Source: Oopsacas minuta (Eukaryota > Animalia > Porifera). From it: a DNA stretch of 64,000 bases. Of the stretch, positions 50,001 to 59,155 are shown one piece after another. Made by a program: the position numbers and the translations under genes. Every line of letters begins with the position of its first letter. Position 1 is the stretch's first letter. Location: the NCBI GenBank assembly GCA_024704765.1, contig JAKMXF010000177.1, forward strand, positions 496,001 through 560,000. The letters run 5' to 3'. The notes beneath the pieces are model-generated. The model made no database searches. It was not told the origin of the DNA and worked only from the letters and a program-made list of their open reading frames with translations.

Positions 50001-52576
50001 CTGAAATTATTTCTATTCAATTAATGCAATCACAGATCTCTTTCCCCTGCTTCTGTATCATTAATCCGTGCTTTAATGGACATCTCCTTCATCTGGTCAT
50101 CTTGCTCCAAACACCCTACAGACAGTAGTCATGTACTTCGCTCTCTTGTGAGAGGAGGATTGGATGATCCCCGAGATCTTACAAACTTCTTCTATCTACA
50201 TTTAGAGAGAGACGTATTGGATATAACACAGCTCACAGGCAAGAACTTTGAAGAAACTACGTTTCTTCTACATCTCATAATCAGGTCTCTCATGGATAGA
50301 GCAGGGGAACCATGTAAGTGTGTTAAAATAGTTCCTGAATATTATTACGGAATAAGTTTATATAAAATATAGATTTTTCGCATCGGTTATTACAGTTAAC
50401 ATAATACCTGTAGATATACAAGTAACATGTATAGCTCTATACTAGCTGGACATTTAATATTATTTCTAGGTCTTATTCATACTGAGTTATCGACGCGTGA
50501 ATTGAGAGAGCAGTGGGAGAAGGAATTTGATATGAAATTCATTCAACCTATACTCACCTCTCTAAACACAGATGTACAGAAACAGATGGAGCAGGTGCTG
50601 AGTGAGAAGAGGATAGCTAACAATCCTTTACTCAGGTTAATACAGAGATTAGTATATTAGTTGAATTATCTATGAATTGTACCAAATATTTAGAATTGTA
50701 TACGAGAGAGATCAATCAGAACCAAACAACCCGTTACCTCATTTATGGCGCTACAGAACTATTGTGAGTCTAGAGCATTTCTCTCAGAGCTTCAGTACAG
50801 CTGATTTGAATACCAAAAACAAGTGTCCGTTAGTAGACAAGTTCTTGAAAGAAGAAAACAAATTATTTGTGACTCGTTACCTCCCAGACATTGTACAGCT
50901 ACAGAGACGAGTAGGAGATAAATTCCTACACAGATTGGATAGGAGAGAAGCTGCTAATACTTCTATTAAAGATTTCTTAGATAGAATGAAAACTGGTAAA
51001 TAGTTTATAGTTATACTCTATTCTCTTTTTGAGATGAGTTTACTATTTTGAATTAAATCCTTAGAGAACAAACAAGAATCAGAAGAATTAGCTAAACTAG
51101 TGGAGAGTCTTGCTACGGCATGGAGTATAATTGGAGAAGATGTGAAGAAGAATGGACGTCTTAAAATGGAAGAAGCTCTAGAACAACAAGAAATAACTCC
51201 TGCTACTTCTCTAGCTTACCTGCTCCCCTCCTCAACAGGAGATGGAGTGCTGATCACCTCACTCACAGACTATCTAGTGCTGATACACAATTCATTTGTA
51301 CACGTCTACAGAGACAGAGTGAAGGGGTATGTATCATTCTATTAAATGATATGTCTATAGACATGTCTCATATCATTCTCATTGTATTAGGTCCCGTAGT
51401 GACAAGATACCACTCCGTGAATTGAATATGAGTTATGTGATTGAGTACGAGGAACATCTGCAGCCTCTACTACTGTCACATGCTCACTACTCACTAGCTC
51501 TTGGACAAGGAAGTCAAGTGACTTATGACTTTGAGGGAGTAGAACAGCAATTAATGGAACAATTCATTCAGAACAAACCTCTTATTCTAGCAGAACATCT
51601 CCGCTTTGAATATATTCGTGAGGCTTACAACTTGGGTGTGTTTGAGCAGGTCCGACACAAAGTTCAGCAGGTGAGTAACTTATATTTAATTCCAAGACAA
51701 TAATCTCAGTTTCATACTATTTCCTTTAATAATATCTCTTTTTTCTCTGATAGACTGAACTGAAGGAGAATTTGTGGAGACTAATACGAGAAGAGTTAGA
51801 CTCTCTTGAAGCAGTTAGTGATGTTCTCCTAGTACTGGATGTAGTGATTGGATTCTTATCATCAGCAGGAGGAGATCCAGAACAAAAATTGTCTACTTAT
51901 CTTTATGATGTTCTAAAATACTCTCATGCATCCCATGGAGCTGGTCCTCTACAGAGCAGACGTGTATGTATACGTCATAAGTAATGAATAATTTATAAAT
52001 ATTTCATTCCTATCTATTCAACAGGCAGAGGGAAATGTATCTCTGAAACACATCCTCAGCTTCTGGAGATTTTTGTCTATTGAGAAAGCTAGTAAGCTCT
52101 CTATAATCGGTCAGGTAAGTTATAAACTTTAGCAGTTTACTTTTTAATTCTATTATAATTTATATGTATTACGTATATCCAGATACCTTTCTCTTCTCTG
52201 AGAGATGAGTTTAGAGAAGTCGTGAGTAAGGAAGAGAAAGAACAAATACAAAGTAGCTGTGATCATTTTCCAGTAGATAAGATACTAGTGTTCCTCCATG
52301 ATTTTATTCTCTTCTTTGTGCGAGAGAGAGATGCAGAAGAGAGCAATTATGGGTTTGTTGTTCTCACAATATATACGCCTTGACACTTAATCTTCATTAA
52401 TATTATTTTCTTATAGAATGAGGGAGAGTATACAAGAATACGATCCAGATTGGAAACTGCTTGAACTATTCCATCATTTCCCAGAAGGAATAAAGCTATC
52501 TCAATGTGCCTCTGCTTGGGCTGTGTTAGCACAACAAGAACACATAATTTCTAACCAGCTGAATAATAGCGTATAA
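24396..52576 (+). CDS. RNF213: RNF213 (mysterin)-like giant AAA+ ATPase / E3 ligase, ~5,625 aa, 23 exons
   Basis: Manually joined GT-AG exons, all phase-consistent, CDS length divisible by 3: 24396-36329, 36765-36924, 42029-42499, 42683-42858, 42986-43419, 44755-44857, 45036-45133, 45522-45791, 46209-46320, 46388-46813, 47662-47802, 48298-48390, 48633-49004, 49799-49968, 50036-50313, 50470-50635, 50694-50995, 51065-51326, 51391-51670, 51754-51963, 52025-52114, 52183-52352, 52417-52576 (TAA). Motifs: N-terminal Zn ribbon (CENKC..FCMFC), GAGKS, VVMGETGCGKT, LFFDEANT, GKPGSSKS, VVLDEVGLAE, TTRLQQCVQSA, GTFRK, RZ finger CVNGHAYFVGE/CGQP..CPDC..H, and C-terminal FPEGIKLSQCASAW. Confidence 0.9.
24687..26279 (+). 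repeat. Coding minisatellite: 59 x 27 bp encoding TAE(Q/P)TS(A/V/T/S)KG nonapeptides
   Basis: Unit ggtactgctgaacaaacatctgccaaa and variants. 59 units counted from the translation, 59 x 27 = 1593 bp, with no indels breaking the period. Confidence 0.95.
36469..36532. mobile_element. 64-bp minimal hAT-type MITE in RNF213 intron 1
   Basis: TIRs cagagttgtacgcgggcc / ggcccacgtgcaactctg, same family as 23032-23470. 8-bp TSD ggtgtcca / ggtgacca (7/8). Confidence 0.8.
38068..39741 (+). CDS. SLC47A: MATE-family (SLC47-like) multidrug/toxin extrusion transporter, intronless, nested in RNF213 intron 2
   Basis: LALSFANVTGTSIVVGLSSGMDTLCSQAYG, QRAIMLCLLVCFPIWALWLNAESIL, EWWTYEIG, VRVGNLLGA, FDGLQSVVAGVLKGCGRQ and GYWLGM are eukaryotic MATE signatures. 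A 13th C-terminal TM segment is present, as in vertebrate MATE1. Confidence 0.93.
   Translation: MVASGQSLKYRPKSWYRRLTSFWIIHEFIIINKLAWPSVISAFGIQVIPFTSVVFSGHIGVGTYFDGASLALSFANVTGTSIVVGLSSGMDTLCSQAYGGKNYRLVGVYFQRAIMLCLLVCFPIWALWLNAESILILLHQDKDVAAVAGKYLRILCVAKPAVVIFTLSTKFLQTQNVVNPTIFLTIIGNVVSIGCQYLFVVYLRFGVEGSAISVSIAYWSLAILYIIYIRCSSLYHTSWPGWTCDAFTGWLHYCKYGIPGLIMVDLEWWTYEIGFLVVGGTSPYPKVDVGIYSIMFGIASQIFMVPLGFSVATIVRVGNLLGANNPALARKVACLCIGNIIFIGILFSVGLFILRSHLPFLFTTDPCIITGGIQAIFVLNIFQNFDGLQSVVAGVLKGCGRQGVASITNLIVFQLIGTPLAVIFSVVLKLASKGYWLGMIVAAFLQASIYLILLLFTNWKKVTEIAQENIHISRITKDEEISLLNSPLTLDKSISKVNKRYTFSYRNIIKCVIIFILILSFLVGLGFSIKHYPQQSNITPSSNSSLRINTTEPICPY
41088..41720 (+). mobile_element. Helitron-like family H1, composite copy with two 5' heads (41088 and 41585)
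   Basis: A|TCTATATCATTAAATCTGAATTG + (TTTG)n, body shared with 43820-44297 and 56121-56579, then a second head A|TCTATATTATTAAATCTCAATTG at 41585. Confidence 0.65.
43473..43781. mobile_element. Tc1/mariner-type MITE in RNF213 intron 5
   Basis: ta|cagtataacctctataag ... tttatagagacccaggttgcactg|ta: TA TSD with imperfect CAGT-starting TIRs. Confidence 0.6.
43820..44297 (-). mobile_element. Complete 478-bp non-autonomous Helitron-like element (family H1)
   Basis: Minus strand reads A|TCTATACATTATTAAATCTC..(TGTC/TTTG)n ... GC-rich gcgtaggcgagtaagcgaagcgtgCTAG|T. It has 5' TC, 3' CTAG, insertion between A and T, and no TSD, which are Helitron hallmarks. Confidence 0.75.
47045..47088. repeat. (AT)n(AG)n microsatellite in RNF213 intron 10
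   Basis: atatatatatagagagagagagagagagatagagagagat read directly. Confidence 0.8.
48957..49865 (+). other. RZ finger of RNF213 split across exons 13 and 14
   Basis: GQWYTCVNGHAYFVGE | CGQPRQAQTCPDCGLWVGQDH. All six RZ residues (C, H, catalytic C, C, C, H) are present, matching the human WYTCPNGHPCSVGECGRPMEQSICIDC..GGIDH pattern with one residue fewer before the last His. Confidence 0.85.
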
Positions 52577-53134
52577 CGTGGCATATAATGCCTCGATGTG
52601 GAAAGATTATATAATTAAAGAATTATTATAGATTCTTAAAGCGTTAACTCAAAGTTGACAATATTAGTAATGTTGGAGAGTTCGTATATTTCTTCATATA
52701 CTCCTATTTTCTTAATCATTATTTATACATTTATTAATATAGTTTTCTCTCATTTATCCTTTTAAACAGTTCTAATTTGTCTGTATTGGATATTTTTAAT
52801 AATGGTAAAATATTGCTCAAATTAGCAAATTCACTTATTAGCAAGGAGAATCATGCAAATACGATCCTGTTATACGCGCTCCACTATATTATCAATAATA
52901 TTTCCAACTAACGAGAGACCGTAATGCTATTGTAATAATTATTCTATGGAGAATATTACTAAGGTCAGATACTTCATGTACGGGCTTTATTACTTAAGTA
53001 CACTTTCTATGATGGAATATCTGACACTAAAGATAAGCTGTAAATCCAATATTATTTATTCATAAAACATTGCATAAAGATTAGCAAACAATATAGCATA
53101 AACAAACATATTAAATATCAAGTACATACATCTA

Positions 53135-54454
53135 TCAAGTATGAAATATATTAACAGCTGATTCATTCACATTAACCCATACCACAGTATTATCTCTGGT
53201 AACAGCTACTCCGGTTGGTCCATATTTATACGCCGTCTTATTGACAAGAACTCCTTCCTTTGTGTATACATATAGTGCCTTACCACTATTGTCACTTATC
53301 AGAATATTATCGAAACGATCAAAACACAAAAAGTTCCAAAAAGGCTCTCCTTCAAGGCTAATTAAGCTCTTTATATGTTCCCCTATTTTCGAGAACACAT
53401 GTACATTGTATGGCTTACCGTTATCTACCACGTATAATTGATGGAAACGTAGTTTAACGTCGCTCGGCTTATGAAGCGCCCCTCTGCCAATTTCACGAGT
53501 ATAATGTAATTTCGAATCGTACACTGCGATTCGATTGTTCTTGCTATCAGCAATGTACAGATTGCAACCTTTGGAGACTGTGATTCCATTGGGATCACGT
53601 AATTCTCCTTCAGGGGATTGTCCAATAAACTCGTATTTTGGATGTTCGTATTTGAAAATGACACCTTTTCCGCTGTCGCTAACGAAAATACTGTGTTCAT
53701 ATATTCCTACACAATATGGCCTATGTAGTTCTTTCCTACCAAACTCAGAAATATACTCCCCTTCTATATTGAACACTTGTATTCTACTGTTATAACAGTC
53801 AGCTACGTAGACCAATTGTTTCCTGTCTATTGTTATGCCTAAGGGACCATTTAATTCGCCAGATTTGTTACCTTTGTAGGCAAAGGATTTCTTAGGCAGA
53901 ATCTCAGTTGGATAAAGCTTTGTCGCATCTTCTTTCGACATGGTTTTGTTTCTCGGTTTGCTAAGAGTTTTCACGAAATTCGGAATAAGTTTCTCAGATT
54001 GCTTAGCTACAGAGTCATGCTTGTCACTAATAAGTTTGTCAGCTACTATTAGGTTAATTTCGTTCTGGGTAGATTTCAAGTTGTTTTGGAAACTTTGAAT
54101 TCCTTCTGTGATCAAAGATAAAGCTTCTTGATCATCTATCAAAGTATCTTCTTCTTCTTCTGAGGCTAGGTATTCCAGCTCCCTCTCTATATTGTCTATT
54201 AGCTCCAATTTTAGTGCGTCCAAATCAGGATGGATTAGACTGGACTCTATTTCTAATTTAGTCAGATTTAATTCCTCAATTTTTGACGCCTTTTTCGAAG
54301 TTTGCTTATAAATTCTCTTTCGTAGCCCGCTGTATAAATTCAATAAATTGGCTTCTTCTTTGTCCAACCGTTCGCGTATTTCTTTAAAGGCGTTTTTAAT
54401 AGGTTCTATGAACTCATTGAGCTCCGTATCAATTGATTCATTTAGTTCAGTCAT
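53135..54454 (-). CDS. Coiled-coil + NHL-repeat protein 3, intronless, no RING/B-box
   Basis: N-terminal acidic heptad region, then GELNGPLGITIDRKQLVYVADCYNSRIQVF, LHRPYCV, LRDPNGITV..LYIADSKNNRIAVYD, LHKPSDV and GPTGVAV. Confidence 0.88.
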   Translation of the reverse strand: MTELNESIDTELNEFIEPIKNAFKEIRERLDKEEANLLNLYSGLRKRIYKQTSKKASKIEELNLTKLEIESSLIHPDLDALKLELIDNIERELEYLASEEEEDTLIDDQEALSLITEGIQSFQNNLKSTQNEINLIVADKLISDKHDSVAKQSEKLIPNFVKTLSKPRNKTMSKEDATKLYPTEILPKKSFAYKGNKSGELNGPLGITIDRKQLVYVADCYNSRIQVFNIEGEYISEFGRKELHRPYCVGIYEHSIFVSDSGKGVIFKYEHPKYEFIGQSPEGELRDPNGITVSKGCNLYIADSKNNRIAVYDSKLHYTREIGRGALHKPSDVKLRFHQLYVVDNGKPYNVHVFSKIGEHIKSLISLEGEPFWNFLCFDRFDNILISDNSGKALYVYTKEGVLVNKTAYKYGPTGVAVTRDNTVVWVNVNESAVNIFHT

Positions 54455-56120
54455 ATTTGTTATAATTATTTAAATATTAAGACTATTTATATTTAATCAT
54501 AGATTACCAACTCGCTGTTTATATTAATTCAAACTGAAATTATTAGTAAATCCGCTATATTAACAATTCAGCTATTTTTGCTATAAATGAATAAACTGTA
54601 ACTTAGGTCACTTATCTGTTAATTATCTCAACCATGCTATAAGCTGTACACCTTGAAAGAATTAACAATAGTACATAATAGAGTAACAGGAATATCGAAA
54701 ATGATTAGGAATCCTGATTATTTCTGGAAATATGATAAGATTGTTACATATGTGAAATGAGAGATAATAATAACATTAACAGGGTGTATACATTTACCTT
54801 TCATTTATTATAATTACTAGCCAAAGGCTCGTTGTTTCGCGATGAATTGCGCCTTGAGGTATACTTTATCTTCAGGTTCCGAATTGACTGCTTGGCCAAG
54901 TATATTGTAACTCTTCTGCAACCAATTCTCTGGCTTGTTCTGATAATTGTCTACTATAGGCTGTTTTATTGTTGAAGTGTTGACTTGAAAGTGTTCCTCT
55001 GACATTAACTGTAACAATTAGATTTTCAACTGCAAAATTGGGTAGACATTCTGTGGCGATTCTAAGTCTGATACAACCTGCAAATTTGCATTTGACTTCG
55101 GCGACAAAATATAAGGACATTTCTTTCGAGTGGAATTGAGGTTGATGCGATGATACCAAATATCAAGGATACAATATTGGAAACAAGTCGACAAATTTGT
55201 GTTAAAACATTTGTCCATTCACTATGTAGTGAAACTGCCTTATCTTATGAGCAGAGAAGTAACCATTCGCTTTGGGTTAAACTAAATTGATATGACTCAC
55301 GATTGTCTGAAGAATCTATTTTTGTGAGTTTGTGGTGATAAGTCTGGGTAATTGTTTGGACTAAATTTGCAGTCACAAAATGAATCAATTCCATTCTCTG
55401 CATTTATCAACGAAACAGATTCTATATGGAAATTTGAGGTTGAAGGCAGTTCTTCAGGATTAATGCTGACGGGTAGACTAATATCTGAGTAGTTACGGAT
55501 AGGTTATGTTTGTAGACTAAGAAATCTTTGCCAGATAACCGGAAAGTTTGGCCTCCATAGTTGCATAATTTTTGCTCTCATTTGTGCTCGGTTTCTATAA
55601 TAGATACTCTTTACCAATTTACTCACAAACGATTAGGACAACACCAATTTGTATTTTGTTGTAGTAATACTTCTATTTTAGTCCATTCAATTCGTGTTGT
55701 AAGCGATATAGGTGTCAGATTTGGATGAAATTAAAATGACAGAACTACCTAGACTAGTATTGGTATCCTCCAAATAGCACTTCTCTACGCCTCATGGTAA
55801 CAGAATTATAGCGATTCAAAGTGTGTTCGATTTTTCGCTTTAGCTCGCTGCAAACTTCACACTCGTACGAAAATGTATGTACTAATTTTCACGGAAATCG
55901 GTAAATTTCGCATGGCCGCGAGCGTTCGAACGGATGGATGATCGTGATCCTGATCGCATTCATAAATTTGGTGATCGACTAATGACCTAAAAGTGTATAT
56001 TATTGTATGGATACTTTCTTTGTATACCGTATTATAGGAAATGAACGTGATTTGATGCATAGAATTGTATAATACATTAAACTAAAGATATGAAGGGGGA
56101 GAAAATTGTAAATAGTCAAA

Positions 56121-56690
56121 TCTATACTATTAAATCTCAATTGTTATCTGTTTGTTTGTCCGTTGTTAAGGAACGGATTTGCGGTATGCAATTTTGAATT
56201 TGTCACATAACTATGTACTATCGTGATTATCAAGGAAGTAAATAGAATTCAATAAAACTTTACTAAATCTATCGAACATGCTGAATCCGATTTTCACACT
56301 TTTGGATTAATCATATGTAAATTCATTGTTGTTTTTATGGACACAAAGTAACAAATTTTTCAAATCTCAAAATATAAGTACAAGCTTGCTCTAAACGGCT
56401 ACACAGAGGTAACACAATACGCCGAACTAGAATTTCGCATTTTCAAGTTTCCCACATGTAAATATATTGTTGTTTGTATGAATATAAAGTAAACAAATTT
56501 CAAAATTGAGTTAGAATCATACTTTCAATGACTATACTGGGGTAATCGAGTATACTGAGTATAAATATTGTAAACAACATCAATATTATTAAATCTCAAT
56601 TGTTGTTCGTCTGTTTGTTTGACCGTTGGATACCTCGAGGCGCAATGCGCCGAGTTCATCGCGAGGCGGCGAGCCAAGGGCTCGTACATA
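56121..56690 (+). mobile_element. Helitron-like family H1, composite copy with second head at ~56580 and a hairpin/CTCGT end
   Basis: A|TCTATACTATTAAATCTCAATTG + (TTTG/TCTG), body collinear with 41088-41580, second head tcaatattattaaatctcaattg, ending gagccaagggctcgt. Confidence 0.65.
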
Positions 56691-57745
56691 TATAGTGGAA
56701 ATCGCTTCTTAGCAATTCGTCTAATAGCAAAGTCTACCTATTAGCAAGGATAATTGATACGAAATATGATTTGCTAATAGGCGGTTTCCACTCTATGCAA
56801 AATGTAGTTCTCCTAAACCAACCATTCTGCATCCAATGGAATAAATCTATTATTATTATTATTCTCATTATCAAATAACTTATATGTAGCTCAGCTATAC
56901 TATAGTACCGTTTTTGTGTATTATCTTTTCTATCTTCGAGGAAAGCTCATTTTTTCAGATTAATGAAAGTCATCTTTTCGAATGAGGGTATGGGGTTTTG
57001 TATTTCAAAAAACTGTACTATACTAAAGCTCAGCTATACATTAGGAATCTCTATTATTATTATTCTATCAAATGCGTAATTGAATTGATTTTTGTATCTT
57101 TACCAATTCCTTATAAATAAGTGAATTTCCAGCAATTTATTTGCTAAATTCCGATATTTTATAAATATTCAATGCATTTCCAAGTTTTACATTTATTTGT
57201 AGCAGTTTCAGGCTATTATTTGGAAAAGATTTCAAATATTTTCAAATATTCTCAATTTCTTCTTTGCATTTTTTGTCAAATCCCGGATAATCTAGAACCT
57301 CAAAACTTGGGAAGGTAGGGAAATATCCAGGGGCGTAACTCGGATTGCGAATTGGGGCCCTTAGAAGTATGATAACAAGGTTGGTAGGGCCATGCAACGA
57401 TTTTTCCATTACTCTCTATCGAGAGTCTATAATTATCAGGAAATCTATAGCCTCACCAAACCTACTAGAGCATACGCTCATAATACGTGGATATATTATC
57501 AAATGACATTGGTACCAATCACACTCATGTTAAATTATTAATATCCCAAAGATAATAAATATGCTGTAATAATATAATTATCAAAAATAGGAAAAATAAC
57601 CATTTTTATTAATGAGATTTCATATTGATTATCCCTGATATATCTAATTACTCAAGCTGTACAAAGTAATCTCGTAAAATGATATGAATAAGCCCACGCA
57701 CGAGTATATAAAGTCTCCCAAATTTATATATTCTTGCAAATCAAC

Positions 57746-59155
57746 ATGGCTGACACATACATAGAGCTCAACAATAAATGCGAAAGTGAAGATACGAAGG
57801 TACAAAACTTTCTCGAAAAGAAACAACATAAAGAATGGAAGCATAGTATCTTTGTTAGGATATGTCTAACAGTCTTGCTCGTTATTTGCATCTCAATAGT
57901 TTGGCTCAGCCTAATGTCTCCACTAGTAGTGGGATATCTAACACAATACTCTACTGCCAACATTTCTAGGCCTTACTTCGATCTCCTAAACAAAAACAAC
58001 TTAAATAAATACAACAAGTGCAATGTATCAAACACGACAATAGTTTGCCCGTCTAACTTCGTTTACAATTACAACTCGTGTGTCCCAATTTGTGGGAAGT
58101 GGCATCCGTTCGGGGATACTTACTTTAAAGCGTATAGATATAGCGTTACTACAATTAGTCTACTGAGCCTAATATTCTCTGTTCTCGGTTTGATAGTTCT
58201 GATCCCTGTGAAGAATAGTTTCTACTTTCCTAAATTCTTCTATTTCGTAATGTTTTCTACGCTGATAGCTCTGAGCTGTGTGCTAACAGGGGCAGCCTTA
58301 GCTGGACCACATAGCCTGTTCTGTGGTGGTAGAAATGAAGATTTTAACCTAGTTGCAAATGATCCACCCATAGCCGTTACTCTTCTCGGAATAATTTCAC
58401 ATTATTCATATATAGCATTCCAACTAAGCTTTTGTGTCGCGGTATTTAACATTTTTGTTGTCATATATTTTCCGGCGATAATGTTTTCTGTGAGGAAGAA
58501 AAGATGTCTGATTATAACTGAATTAATAGTATGTCTAGGAGTACCAGCATTTTTCCCTATAATTAACATAGCTGTGTATCGTCAATACTCTTTCATACGC
58601 TTACCAATACTTCCATTCCCTCTCGCTGATCGTATCGCTCCGTTTGCATTAGCATTAGGCCCCCTGCTTATCCTAACAGGAATTATGTCTACGCTTATTC
58701 TCCTGTCTATATACCGTGTCCAGGTATTGAAGTATATGATATATAAAGAAATAGTGAAGTTTAAGAGCTATGAAATCAGAATGATAATATTTGGAATAGA
58801 GAGTCTCCTAACTGTTCTATTTATATTCATAGAATTAGCATTAACAATCTCTACAGATGAAATCGTTACTTACTTACAAGAGGAATACTTCGCATGTACG
58901 ACACTACAGCATAACTCAATGATATTGAGTAACTCTACCCTCACTCCAACTCAATGTCCTGCTTTATACCAACCTTACATGCATCCTATAGTGTCTATAA
59001 TAGCTGATATGCTGACTGGCATAGCAGCAGTACAGATGTGGGTTATTCTGTGTACCCATGAGACTGGAAAGCCATGGAAATTGTGTCTAGTAGGTATATG
59101 GGCTTTTGTTAAAAGGTTAGCAAGTGTACTGGAAGATATGCATGTAAATTGGTAA
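57746..59155 (+). CDS. Frizzled/Smoothened-like (class F-type) 7TM receptor lacking the CRD, with an extra N-terminal TM segment; intronless
   Basis: First ATG is at 57746 (the ORF track opens at TTG 57734). The pre-TM1 linker CPSNF..SCVPICGKWHPF, ICL1 FYFP, ECL1 LFC, the ECL3 Cys pair (YFAC..TQCP) and post-TM7 ETGKPW (position of KTxxxW) resemble FZD/SMO. Seven hydrophobic segments follow an additional hydrophobic stretch (IFVRICLTVLLVICISIVWLSLMSPLVVGYL). Confidence 0.65.
   Translation: MADTYIELNNKCESEDTKVQNFLEKKQHKEWKHSIFVRICLTVLLVICISIVWLSLMSPLVVGYLTQYSTANISRPYFDLLNKNNLNKYNKCNVSNTTIVCPSNFVYNYNSCVPICGKWHPFGDTYFKAYRYSVTTISLLSLIFSVLGLIVLIPVKNSFYFPKFFYFVMFSTLIALSCVLTGAALAGPHSLFCGGRNEDFNLVANDPPIAVTLLGIISHYSYIAFQLSFCVAVFNIFVVIYFPAIMFSVRKKRCLIITELIVCLGVPAFFPIINIAVYRQYSFIRLPILPFPLADRIAPFALALGPLLILTGIMSTLILLSIYRVQVLKYMIYKEIVKFKSYEIRMIIFGIESLLTVLFIFIELALTISTDEIVTYLQEEYFACTTLQHNSMILSNSTLTPTQCPALYQPYMHPIVSIIADMLTGIAAVQMWVILCTHETGKPWKLCLVGIWAFVKRLASVLEDMHVNW

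Noticed and set aside
54800-55750. Broken minus-strand frames with Cys motifs (EWTNVL..CILDIWYHRIN..AEVKCKFAGC)
   Set aside because: Probably a decayed transposon-related ORF, but too fragmented to assign a family.
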